From: Bacillus subtilis subsp. subtilis str. 168
GTDB lineage: Bacteria; Bacillota; Bacilli; Bacillales; Bacillaceae
NCBI RefSeq assembly: GCF_000009045.1
Contig: NC_000964.3
Coordinates: 1,440,001 to 1,472,000 of the forward strand
Direction: 5' to 3'
Length of the DNA: 32,000 nt
Positions 1-9,249 of the stretch are shown here, piece after piece (the first letter of the stretch is position 1; each line of letters begins with the position of its first letter). A program made the translations under genes and the position numbers. The notes beneath the pieces are model-generated. The model was not told the origin of the DNA and ran no database searches. It saw only the letters and a program-made list of their open reading frames with translations.

Positions 1-107
1 CATGCTATAACGGCATCATCGCAGACGGCTGCGGCGAATGTCCGGCATGTCACCTTCGTTCAAAAGGTTATGAAGAATATATGGTGATGAAAGGAGAGCG
101 TGCATAA
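1..107 (+). CDS. queC: 7-cyano-7-deazaguanine synthase, 3' end only (frame 3: ..[34 protein letters not shown])
   Basis: Open frame from the window edge to TAA at 105-107; [10 protein letters not shown] zinc-binding C-terminus typical of QueC; directly upstream of queD. Confidence 0.93.
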   Translation, partial: CYNGIIADGCGECPACHLRSKGYEEYMVMKGERA

Positions 108-549
108 ATTGTTATCTCAAATTTATCCGCAGGCCCAGCATCCTTATTCGTTTGAACTGAATAAGGACATGCATATCTCAGCCGCTCATTTTATCCCTCG
201 GGAAAGTGCGGGAGCGTGCAGCAGGGTTCACGGGCATACGTATACCGTAAATATAACCGTTGCCGGCGACGAACTTGACGATTCAGGCTTTCTTGTCAAT
301 TTCAGCGTACTCAAAAAACTGGTGCACGGAAACTATGATCACACGCTATTAAATGATCATGAAGATTTTTCTCAGGACGACCGGTATTCGCTGCCGACAA
401 CTGAAGTCGTGGCGAAAACGATTTATGACAACGTACAGGCTTATTTAGACACTTTGGAGAATAAGCCGACCTGTGTACAGGTGTTTGTCCGTGAAACACC
501 GACAAGCTACTGTGTCTACCGTCCGAAAAAGGGTGGTTTGAATGGCTAA
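100..549 (+). CDS. queD: 6-carboxy-5,6,7,8-tetrahydropterin synthase (QueD, YkvK)
   Basis: 149 aa ORF with GTG start, AAAGGAGAG RBS and RVHGHTYTV motif; overlaps queC and queE by a few nt. Confidence 0.95.
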   Translation: MHKLLSQIYPQAQHPYSFELNKDMHISAAHFIPRESAGACSRVHGHTYTVNITVAGDELDDSGFLVNFSVLKKLVHGNYDHTLLNDHEDFSQDDRYSLPTTEVVAKTIYDNVQAYLDTLENKPTCVQVFVRETPTSYCVYRPKKGGLNG

Positions 550-1273
550 AGGAATTCCTGTATTAGAAATTTTCGGCCCGACGATTCAAGGAGAAGGCAT
601 GGTGATCGGACAGAAAACGATGTTCGTCCGGACAGCCGGCTGCGATTATTCCTGCAGCTGGTGTGACTCCGCTTTCACTTGGGACGGGTCTGCTAAAAAA
701 GATATTCGCTGGATGACGGCGGAGGAGATTTTTGCGGAGCTTAAGGACATTGGGGGAGATGCGTTTTCTCATGTGACGATCTCAGGCGGCAACCCGGCTC
801 TGTTAAAACAGCTGGATGCTTTTATTGAACTGCTGAAGGAAAATAACATCCGTGCAGCGCTTGAAACTCAAGGGACCGTTTATCAGGATTGGTTTACGCT
901 GATTGATGACCTGACAATTTCTCCAAAACCGCCAAGCTCAAAAATGGTAACGAACTTTCAAAAGCTTGACCACATTTTAACTTCACTTCAAGAGAATGAT
1001 AGACAGCATGCTGTCAGCTTGAAGGTTGTCATCTTTAATGATGAAGATCTGGAATTTGCCAAAACTGTGCACAAGCGGTATCCGGGAATCCCGTTTTATT
1101 TACAAGTCGGAAATGATGACGTGCATACGACAGATGATCAGTCACTGATTGCACATTTGCTTGGAAAATATGAAGCGCTTGTTGATAAGGTAGCTGTCGA
1201 TGCGGAGCTGAATCTCGTCAGAGTGCTCCCGCAGCTGCACACCCTGTTATGGGGCAACAAACGCGGAGTATAA
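542..1273 (+). CDS. queE: 7-carboxy-7-deazaguanine synthase, radical SAM (QueE, YkvL)
   Basis: 243 aa; [15 protein letters not shown] radical SAM cluster motif variant; operon context. Confidence 0.95.
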   Translation: MAKGIPVLEIFGPTIQGEGMVIGQKTMFVRTAGCDYSCSWCDSAFTWDGSAKKDIRWMTAEEIFAELKDIGGDAFSHVTISGGNPALLKQLDAFIELLKENNIRAALETQGTVYQDWFTLIDDLTISPKPPSSKMVTNFQKLDHILTSLQENDRQHAVSLKVVIFNDEDLEFAKTVHKRYPGIPFYLQVGNDDVHTTDDQSLIAHLLGKYEALVDKVAVDAELNLVRVLPQLHTLLWGNKRGV

Positions 1274-1290
1274 TAGAAAGGAAGATGAAC

Positions 1291-1788
1291 ATGACGACAA
1301 GAAAAGAATCAGAATTAGAAGGTGTAACATTGCTAGGCAATCAAGGTACAAATTATTTGTTCGAATATGCACCGGACGTGCTGGAATCCTTCCCTAATAA
1401 ACATGTAAACCGTGATTACTTTGTAAAATTCAATTGCCCGGAATTCACATCTTTATGTCCTAAAACAGGCCAGCCTGACTTTGCGACAATCTACATCAGC
1501 TACATTCCTGATGAAAAAATGGTTGAAAGCAAATCATTAAAGCTGTATCTATTCAGCTTCAGAAACCATGGTGACTTCCACGAGGACTGCATGAATATCA
1601 TCATGAACGACTTGATTGAATTAATGGACCCGCGCTACATTGAAGTATGGGGCAAATTCACGCCAAGAGGCGGAATTTCCATTGATCCGTACACAAACTA
1701 CGGAAAGCCTGGCACGAAGTATGAGAAAATGGCCGAATACCGTATGATGAACCATGATTTGTATCCGGAGACAATTGATAATCGTTAA
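1291..1788 (+). CDS. queF: NADPH-dependent 7-cyano-7-deazaguanine reductase (QueF, YkvM)
   Basis: 165 aa from MTTRKESE (ORF track start at 1249 is upstream of the likely start, which follows GAAAGGAAG); [19 protein letters not shown] active-site region. Confidence 0.95.
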   Translation: MTTRKESELEGVTLLGNQGTNYLFEYAPDVLESFPNKHVNRDYFVKFNCPEFTSLCPKTGQPDFATIYISYIPDEKMVESKSLKLYLFSFRNHGDFHEDCMNIIMNDLIELMDPRYIEVWGKFTPRGGISIDPYTNYGKPGTKYEKMAEYRMMNHDLYPETIDNR

Positions 1789-2040
1789 TTATTCCGTTGT
1801 GTGATACGGAGTGTAAAAGGAAGTGGAGTCACAGTAAAATCCGAACATTCAGCGTTAATTTTCAGCGGAAATGTGACCTGGTCACAGCGAAGTGTGACCC
1901 GCACTAAGCTCAATAAAAGTGGGAAAAGTCACACCTGAAAATGGCTCTACTCATGGGAATTGTATTAAAAAGTGTGACCTGAGGTGCAACCTGAACTGTG
2001 ACTTTTATGCAGTGAAAAATTGATAGTACAGAAGCAGATT

Positions 2041-2072
2041 AAGGCGTACAATTTGTACGTCTTTTCTTTTTT
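2041..2072 (+). terminator. Rho-independent terminator, GGCGTAC..GTACGTC stem followed by T-rich tract
   Basis: aaggcgtacaatttgtacgtcttttctttttt. Confidence 0.75.
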
Positions 2073-2079
2073 ATCCGAA

Positions 2080-2112
2080 AGAAAAAATGCCTATCTAGAG
2101 ATCATAGGCATT
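2080..2112 (-). terminator. Minus-strand terminator (AATGCCTAT..ATAGGCATT then TTTTTTC)
   Basis: Stem 2086-2094 / 2104-2112; T-run on the minus strand. Confidence 0.7.
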
Positions 2113-2346
2113 AAATATTATTATCAATATCTTCATTTATTTTTTGGCTAAGTTTCTGAACCTTCTCTTTAACATTTGAAACAGCTCTTTTTTGAATTTC
2201 ATCAATTCTCCTGAATATAGTCGATGACACTTCTTATTAGAACTTCACTTTCAAAATTGAATATCTCATTTATTTCTGACTGTTCTTCATCTGTTAGGTG
2301 ATGGTATTGAAGTTGTTTAGCATTTACTTCAGCAGCTACATCAATC

Positions 2347-2703
2347 CTAACTTAGTTGTTCTGGTTGTACAATTTCATATTCACCTTCTGCATACTCTTG
2401 CTCCGCATAATAGCCTCCCCATTGACAGAGCTCCTGCAAGATAGGTTTAAGAGATTCTCCAAGTTCAGTGGATGAATATTCAACCTTCGGCGGTACTTGA
2501 TTATACATCTTTCTGCTCACAAGTCCACTGGCTTCAAGCTCTCTAAGTGTTTGAATCAGCATTTTCTGAGTTATATTTGGGATAATGCGCTTTAATTCAC
2601 TCGTTCTCTTTGGTCCATTCATTAAAAAGTATAATACAAGGCCTTTCCATTTTCCGCCAATAACTTCCTTTGTCACTTCAAACCCACAGCTAAATTTTTT
2701 CAT
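2347..2703 (-). CDS. ykvN: HxlR-family winged-helix transcriptional regulator (YkvN)
   Basis: 118 aa from MKKFSCGFEVTKEVIGGKWKGLVLYFL; classic HxlR signature; GGAGAG upstream. Confidence 0.9.
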   Translation of the reverse strand: MKKFSCGFEVTKEVIGGKWKGLVLYFLMNGPKRTSELKRIIPNITQKMLIQTLRELEASGLVSRKMYNQVPPKVEYSSTELGESLKPILQELCQWGGYYAEQEYAEGEYEIVQPEQLS

Positions 2704-2871
2704 GTCTAAAGCTCTCCATTCCACATTTATTACTTTTTAGTTACTATATCACAAAAAAGTGGGTACTTCCGATAATGTGCTTACTGAAGGATACTATATC
2801 TTGTAAGTTGTTCTTCAAGTACTTAAAGGTACTAGACATAAAATAAAATTAATTCTAAAGGAGTGTTAAGT

Positions 2872-3618
2872 ATGGGTAAATTTGAAGGTAAAATAGCGCT
2901 TGTAACGGGTGGAACAAGTGGGATTGGTCTTGCTACAGCACAAAAATTTGTAAACGAAGGTGCATATGTTTATATTACGGGACGTAGACAAAACGAACTT
3001 GATAAAGCTGTTAACCAAATTGGCAAGAACGTAACCGGTGTTCAAGGTGATATTTCTAAGCTTGAAGACTTAGACAAACTATATGACATTATAAAGCAGG
3101 AAAAAGGTAAGTTGGACATTCTTTTTGCTAATGCAGGCATCGGCAACTTCCTTCCATTAGGTGAAATTACTGAAGAGCAGGTTGATAGAACGTTCGACAT
3201 TAACGTTAAAGGAACCATCTTTACTGTTCAAAAAGCGTTATCACTATTCCCGGACAAAGTAGGTTCTATTATTGTAACGGGCTCTACTGCTGGATCAATT
3301 GGCAACCCAGCGTTTAGTGTATATGGAGCATCTAAAGCAGCATTAAGAGCACTAGTTCGCAACTGGATTCTTGACCTAAAAGGTACTGAAATCCGTGTAA
3401 ATGTGGTTAGTCCAGGAGGTATTCTTACACCTGCCTACGATGAGCTTTTTGGTGATGCACTTGAAGAGGTACTGGAAAATAGCAGAAATACTGTTCCAGC
3501 TGGAAAAGTTGGGACACCTGAAGAAGTAGCAAACGCTGTATCTTTCCTTGCTTCAGACGAAAGCAGTTACTTGACGGGTGTTGAATTGTTCGTAGATGGC
3601 GGGCTAGCACAGGTATAA
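2872..3618 (+). CDS. ykvO: Short-chain dehydrogenase/reductase (YkvO)
   Basis: 248 aa from MGKFEGK; VTGGTSGIG cofactor motif and YGASKAA catalytic motif; RBS AAAGGAG; divergent from ykvN. Confidence 0.92.
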
Positions 3619-3684
3619 TTTCACTGCGCAGAGATTACAAATAGTCCCCAAAAAAGGTTAATGGGGATTTACTTGAAGAAGTCG

Positions 3685-3732
3685 TATAAAAAAGTCGTTT
3701 TCCTTAAAGGACAGGGAATTCGACTTTTTTAT
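3685..3732 (+). terminator. Terminator-like hairpin AAAAAAGTCG..CGACTTTTTT
   Basis: aaaaaagtcgttttccttaaaggacagggaattcgacttttttat downstream of ykvO. Confidence 0.6.
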
Positions 3733-4098
3733 ATTTGAATTTGATTAACGTTGTAAATTCGCATTTTCCTGGGGCTACTACTAAATGACCTGTAAAAAAG
3801 ATTACACTGTGAATAAATGTACTTAAAGTAACGGGGGCTCTTGACTTTTAATAAAAAATAATATCCCTGTCCTTGTATTCTAATACTTTTAAAAATATTT
3901 AAAGGAATCCTTATGTCCTGAATAACCACATAGGAAAATATGTTGTAGGTTGCTTTCTTTTTTTGTGGGGCATCCCACACAAGCTATCTCGTGATCTCAC
4001 ACCTGAACGTTTTTTATAGACTAGTACCGCGACAAGTTATATTACATATACATACCAATAAAGTAGACATTAAAAAGTGAAAGAGAGGATGGAAATGT

Positions 4099-5298
4099 GT
4101 GAAAATTCTTTTCCTTGAGAGTCATCCCATGTGGCTCTATGGTTTACCGAATGGGTTTAGGGAAGCAGGACATACCGTAATGATTTCCGGTCCTGTAAGT
4201 CGGGAAAATATAACTGAAATGATAGACGAATTTAAACCAGATTTAATAGTATCTATGGGATGGACACCAGAGCATTCAAGGGAAAAGCAGGCCTGGATTC
4301 GCAACGCTACTAAAAAGGTGAATATCCCTCTCGTTTATTGGGCAACTGAAGACCCGCTGCACACTCAAAACTTTACTATCCCGTTAATTAAAAAGATGAA
4401 ACCGGATTTTGTTTTCACGGTCACGCCTTCTCTGTGTAAAACTTATGAAAGCATGGGGATTAAAGCAGCTCACTTAGACTTTGCATTTCACGAAAGTATA
4501 CATCACCAGATTAAACCATTAGCGAAATACAGTTGTGATATAGCAGTGGTGGCTAATGCTTACCCTAATTTTCTTGAAGAACATCCGGAAGTGTTCCGTT
4601 CGTCCTCTTTAAAAACGCTTATTCGTCCTCTTATACGGAAGGGTATTCGCATTGATTTTTGGGGGAGAAACTGGGAAAAAATGAGTAAATATATAGGAAG
4701 AGAAATTCCCCGCAATTGGATCCATGGATACCTTGATTATACTGAAGCATATAAAGTTTACAGTTCAGCAAAAATCATTATCGGTTTGCAAAACTGTGAA
4801 AGCCAACTTACACAACGCACCTATGAGATTCTTGGTTCCGGGGGGTTTTTATTGACATCGGATACACCAGCAGTTCGAGGTAAATTCAAACCTGGCCGCG
4901 ATCTCATCGTTTCTTCCTCCCCAAAAGAAACATTGGAAAAGGTTAAATACTATTTAAATCATGATAGCGAGAGAAAAAAGATTCAGATAAACGGTAAAAA
5001 GGCTGTAAAGAATGATTCCTATCGGCATAGAGCCGAGAGAATGCTTGAGGTGCTAAAAAGCAGAGGAATCATAAGAAACTTAGGGGAAACCATTCATTAT
5101 GTAGATGTTCTCAAAGAAAAATACGTGATCCATCATGTTACTCCCGGTGAAACATTATCAATAATTGCCAGTAAGTATAATGTTTCCCTGCAGCAACTCA
5201 TGGAGCTTAATCATTTCAAATCAGATCAAATATATGCTGGACAAATCATTAAGATTAGAGAGAAACTGTTTAGAAATATTAATAACAAATTATTCTAA
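4099..5298 (+). CDS. ykvP: CgeB-like spore glycosyltransferase domain with a C-terminal LysM domain (YkvP)
   Basis: 399 aa, GTG start; glycosyltransferase-like [25 protein letters not shown]; C-terminal [40 protein letters not shown] LysM. Confidence 0.85.
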
Positions 5299-5313
5299 AG
5301 GAGAGTAATATGA

Positions 5314-5541
5314 ATGAAGGGGAAAATACCTAAAATAAGAAATCAAGCGAATAAAGTAAAAAGAACGCCTCGTTATATGGAATTTCCCGTGACATACGAA
5401 GTATATCATGTGGAATCCGGCGATACATTATGGACGATTGCCAAATCCTTTGAAATTCCGGTACAACAACTTATGAATCTTAATAAGCTTTCTTCAGATA
5501 GAATTTATCCTGGACAAATTATAAAGATAAGAGAAAGATAA
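5314..5541 (+). CDS. ykzQ: Small LysM-domain protein (probably the locus called ykzQ in strain 168)
   Basis: 75 aa; VESGDTLWTIAKSFEIPVQQLMNLNKLSSDRIYPGQIIKI; AAAGGAGAG upstream. Confidence 0.65.
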   Translation: MKGKIPKIRNQANKVKRTPRYMEFPVTYEVYHVESGDTLWTIAKSFEIPVQQLMNLNKLSSDRIYPGQIIKIRER

Positions 5542-5637
5542 TCTTTGAGGTTTCGGAAGCGAATCAAATTGAAATGACAATCCTCATTTTTTTATTTGTG
5601 GGGAACTTGATATTTTTGGGGATGAAGGGGTTATGAG

Positions 5638-6568
5638 ATGTTTCAAATGAGCTATTACTATTCTGGATTAGGATGGGACTTTATTCAACACGTTGATCAA
5701 ACGAACGGAGTATTAAATGTTGTGTCTCCTGATTTTTTCTATATCAGAAAAGATGGATCATTACTTCTCCGTTCAGCTAATCCCGATGTGATTAAAGCTC
5801 TTCATAGAAGAAAATTAAAAGTAGTTCCTTTTCTAAGCAATCATTGGGATCAGGATTTGGGACGATTTGCATTAATGAACCGAGTTCTTTTAGCTAAACA
5901 AATTTCTCATGCAATAGAAGAACTGGATTTGGATGGAGTTAATATCGATATAGAAAACCTTACAGAAAAAGATCGGAATCTATTTACAGATTTTATTAGA
6001 TTAGTAAGGAAAAGTATTCCTAGACATAAAGAAGTATCAGTTGCAGTGGCGGCAAATCCTTTTGGCTGGACGAAGGGCTGGCACGGATCATATGATTACG
6101 AGTATTTAGCTAAATATGCAGATTATCTTATGGTTATGGCCTATGATGAAAGCCGCCTTGCTGGGCCTACTGCAAGTGTAGGATGGGTGGAAAAGTCCAT
6201 TCAATATGTTCTGACCCAAAAAATCTCTCCTCAAAAACTAGTTTTAGGATTGCCATTCTATGGCCGCTGCTGGATGGAAGGCCAATCTGCCTCTCAAGCC
6301 ATTCCCCTTTACCTTGTTGTTAGTAAAAAGGCATAGCGGGACAATTATTTTTGACACCAAGAGTCAATCTCCAAAAGCTATTTTTACTGTCAATCACGAT
6401 AAAAAGGGGCCGTTGCCTTCGGGAACATATACATTATGGTTTGAAAATGAACAGTCACTCAGAGCAAAAATAAAACTCGCTCAAAAATATAATCTGAAAG
6501 GTCTTGGCAGCTGGAGTCTTGGACAAGAAGATGCGTCAGTCTGGAATACAGTGTTTAAAAATATATAA
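5638..6568 (+). pseudogene. ykvQ: GH18-family spore glycosidase (YkvQ, YaaH/YdhD-like), reading frame interrupted by a frameshift near 6300-6336; N-terminal ORF 5638-6336, continuation 6260-6568
   Basis: [15 protein letters not shown]18 catalytic-type motif and LPFYGRCW in frame 1; GH18 C-terminal-like sequence (..[14 protein letters not shown]...[11 protein letters not shown]) continues in frame 2. Confidence 0.75.
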
Positions 6569-7250
6569 TGATTTATAGTTCAGAACAAAATTCGAAGATA
6601 ATTGCAATGAATCTCTAAATGGACATACTGAAAGGAGTTTATTACGAGTGCGGGTAAAACAGTGAGGGCATTCCATAGGCCCTTCTCCCAAAATGTTCTA
6701 CACGAGGCATTACATTGGGCTTGAAATACACATTCAAACTTATGTTATAGTACGCATTTTACGGATGTGTTGAATTTATTCTGCTTCCATGATTTAATCA
6801 TACACATGCTACTTGATAGCAGGGTTATCGCATTTCATTCAGAATTGTTCAGGATCGATATGGAAGCGCACGACTAACTAGAACTTTAAAAGCATACACT
6901 CATATACTTCCTGAATGGATGCTGGTTTATCTAAAAAACATGATGAGAATTGATTGTACGCATGGTGAAGCATGACTTGTTGATAATCGACCATATGGTT
7001 TCTCCTTAGAAATGAGGGGGTTTTTACATAAAAAAGACGAGCGAATCCGGGGGGAATTCCACTCGCCGCTTTCTAATGAAAAGACGGGATGCTGGATGGC
7101 AGCTCGTCTGTTTTATTATAATTTAACGAACGTATGTTTGTAAAGGTGTCTTTTCGAATGAATTGGTTCATATAACCGTTAAGAACAGATTCATTGTAAA
7201 CATTCGCTAAGGTATGCTAAGATGCATGGACTATAAAGGAGTGATATGAA

Positions 7251-7541
7251 GTGAAGACATTGCGGTTAAACAATGTAACGTTAGAAATGGCTGCATATCA
7301 AGAGGAGAGCGAGCCGAAGCGAAAAATTGCATTTACCTTAAACGTTACGAGTGAGACTTACCATGATATCGCTGTCCTGTTGTATGAAAAAACGTTTAAT
7401 GTCGAGGTTCCGGAACGCGATCTTGCCTTCCGGGGGGAAATGACAAATTATTCAACATCATTGACCAACCTGTACGAACCAGGGGCCGTCAGCGAGTTCT
7501 ATATAGAAATAACGGAAATAGACAAAAACGCCGATTCATGA
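7251..7541 (+). CDS. ykvR: Uncharacterised protein YkvR (DUF3219-type)
   Basis: 96 aa ORF, AAAGGAG RBS ahead of ATG, recognised from synteny. Confidence 0.85.
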   Translation: MKTLRLNNVTLEMAAYQEESEPKRKIAFTLNVTSETYHDIAVLLYEKTFNVEVPERDLAFRGEMTNYSTSLTNLYEPGAVSEFYIEITEIDKNADS

Positions 7542-7553
7542 TCGGTGTTTTTT
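7525..7553 (+). terminator. Terminator of ykvR (AAAACGCCGAT tcatg ATCGGTGTTTTTT)
   Basis: Overlaps ykvR 3' end; wobble-paired stem plus T-run. Confidence 0.8.
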
Positions 7554-7583
7554 ATGTAAAAAAGCTGCCGGCCGGCAGCTTTT
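7553..7583 (-). terminator. Minus-strand terminator within perfect palindrome AAAAGCTGCCGGCCGGCAGCTTTT
   Basis: Perfect 24-bp palindrome 7560-7583, followed by T-rich sequence on the minus strand; downstream of ykvS. Confidence 0.75.
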
Positions 7584-7661
7584 GAGAAAGCGAATTTCAT
7601 ATGTAAGGTGTTAAATTGTCCGTCTTGCAGTTTTTTGAATAAATGTGGAAATAAGGAGGTT

Positions 7662-7847
7662 TTAATAGGAGTCTCTGATGATCTTATAATTTTTATGATT
7701 AACAACTGTCAATGAATCTAACTCAAGATCCCGATAGTTATCCATGATCGTCACATCAACGATAACAGAATTCTCATTTACTTTTTCAACAACACCGGTT
7801 AATCCGTTTTTAAATTCAATGACATTCCCAACCTTAGCGATTTTCAC
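7662..7847 (-). CDS. ykvS: YkvS, small DUF2187/KOW-like protein
   Basis: 61 aa from GTG (MKIAKVGNVIEFKNGLTGVVEKV...) preceded by AAAGGAGAGG; the 143-aa track ORF extends upstream without coding support. Confidence 0.8.
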   Translation of the reverse strand: MKIAKVGNVIEFKNGLTGVVEKVNENSVIVDVTIMDNYRDLELDSLTVVNHKNYKIIRDSY

Positions 7848-8012
7848 AAGCTTCCTCTCCTTTAAACATAATAATGCCTTTTGAAAGTATTTTGCAGTAT
7901 TTTCATTGAGAAGTAAAGCGATAAGGAGTTTTATCTCCCTTATGAATTGTTCTGTCGCTATAAAGATGATATATTGATTTTCGTCAATAGAAAGAAAAGG
8001 GGGGAATTTTTG

Positions 8013-8207
8013 TTGCGTCCCGAAGAAATAACAGAAATGATTGAACAGCTGCGCACCGGCGCCATAAACGAACTGAGAGTCCAGAAAGAGCATTTTCTTG
8101 ATTTCAGGGCCGTGTTATCTAAACAAGATGATTTTAAACATTTCCGAGGAATTGCCCAGCAAGGCGGAGATGTTATCTTTCAATACTTAGAACAGCCAAG
8201 AAGCTGA
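8013..8207 (+). CDS. Small conserved-looking hydrophilic protein (64 aa, [29 protein letters not shown]...)
   Basis: TTG start 8 nt after AAAAGGGGGG; followed by terminator; possibly ykzS of strain 168 (not certain). Confidence 0.65.
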
Positions 8208-8236
8208 AGGTTTCTCATACGTGAGAAGCCTTTTTA
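8206..8236 (+). terminator. Terminator AGGTTTCTCA tacg TGAGAAGCCTTTTT
   Basis: Stem-loop followed by T-run. Confidence 0.8.
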
Positions 8237-8505
8237 TCATATATGACAGAACACAAGCCTTTTATTACAGCTGTCTGTAACAGGTGTAAATAAAATGTAA
8301 AGTACCAAAGATGGATAAACATGTTTTAATTTAACAATATTTATAGAATTTCAGACTGTTTTTTTGCCATTAAGCAGTGAGTCATCCTCTTTATTCCATC
8401 CTGATACCTCCTTGGGAGAGTTGGAAAATCTTTTTCCGTGAAAATGAATGGATCTCTTGTTAAGGTTATGAAGTGTTTTTTGGAGCACTTTAAGGAGGAA
8501 ACTGT

Positions 8506-9132
8506 ATGACAACGAAATTCACTGCTCTGGCTGTTTTTCTTCTTTGTTTCATGCCTGCAGCCAAAATTGAGCATACACAAGCTTCACTACTGAGCGCAAA
8601 GAAGACAAAACATGAAGAAGCGAAATGGCTTACACATATAGATCGAAATACGAATGAATCTTTCCCTTCACTGTCTGCTGATAAAGACAAGAAAATAAAA
8701 CCGATTAAGCTATCAGCACACACTGAAAAGAAAGAGAAAGATAAACCGGACAAAACAAATGATGAGAAAGAAACATATACACAGTCTGAAAAAGAGTTGC
8801 TGTCCCGTCTCGTTCACGCAGAGGCCAAAGGAGAATCATATAAAGGCAAGGTCGCTGTAGCAAGCGTTGTACTGAACAGGACGGAGAAAAAAGGTTTTCC
8901 TGATACGATAAGAGGAGTTATTTATCAGAAAAACGCCTTTGAACCGGTCGCAAACGGGAGCATTAACCAAAAGCCTGATAAAGAATCGATTGAAGCTGCC
9001 GAAGAAGCGCTGTCCTCAAAAAATAGAGAAACAGATGCCATATTCTTTTATAATCCGAAAACAGCGTCAGATAATTGGATTCGTTCAAGAAAAATCGTAG
9101 AAAAAATCGGCAGACACGTTTTTGCCGTCTAA
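8506..9132 (+). CDS. ykvT: SleB-like cell wall hydrolase (YkvT)
   Basis: 208 aa; signal-peptide-like N-terminus; [28 protein letters not shown] Hydrolase_2 motif. Confidence 0.88.
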
Positions 9133-9249
9133 GCATAGAAGAGACAATTTGTCTCAGCTGTGCTTTTTTTCATATAAAGAGTAAAAATAAAATAATTTTT
9201 GAACTTGTCTCATATGATGTTGGTAGTACAAGAGACAAGGAGAGACATC

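Noticed and set aside
3940-3990. TTGTGGGgcatCCCACACAA hairpin upstream of ykvP considered as a terminator
   Set aside because: The T-run is on the 5' side (A-run after the hairpin on the minus strand), so it is not a canonical terminator on either strand.
6632-6724. Short open frame ...TSAGKTVRAFHRPFSQNVLHEALHWA* after an AAAGGAG sequence downstream of ykvQ
   Set aside because: No ATG/GTG/TTG start in frame (the GTG after the RBS yields only five codons); could be a remnant but support is too weak to call.
7847-8093. N-terminal extension of the 143-aa track ORF over ykvS
   Set aside because: The extension is Leu/Phe-rich noise overlapping the divergent leader; the GTG at 7845-7847 with an AAAGGAGAGG RBS gives a compact 61-aa protein.
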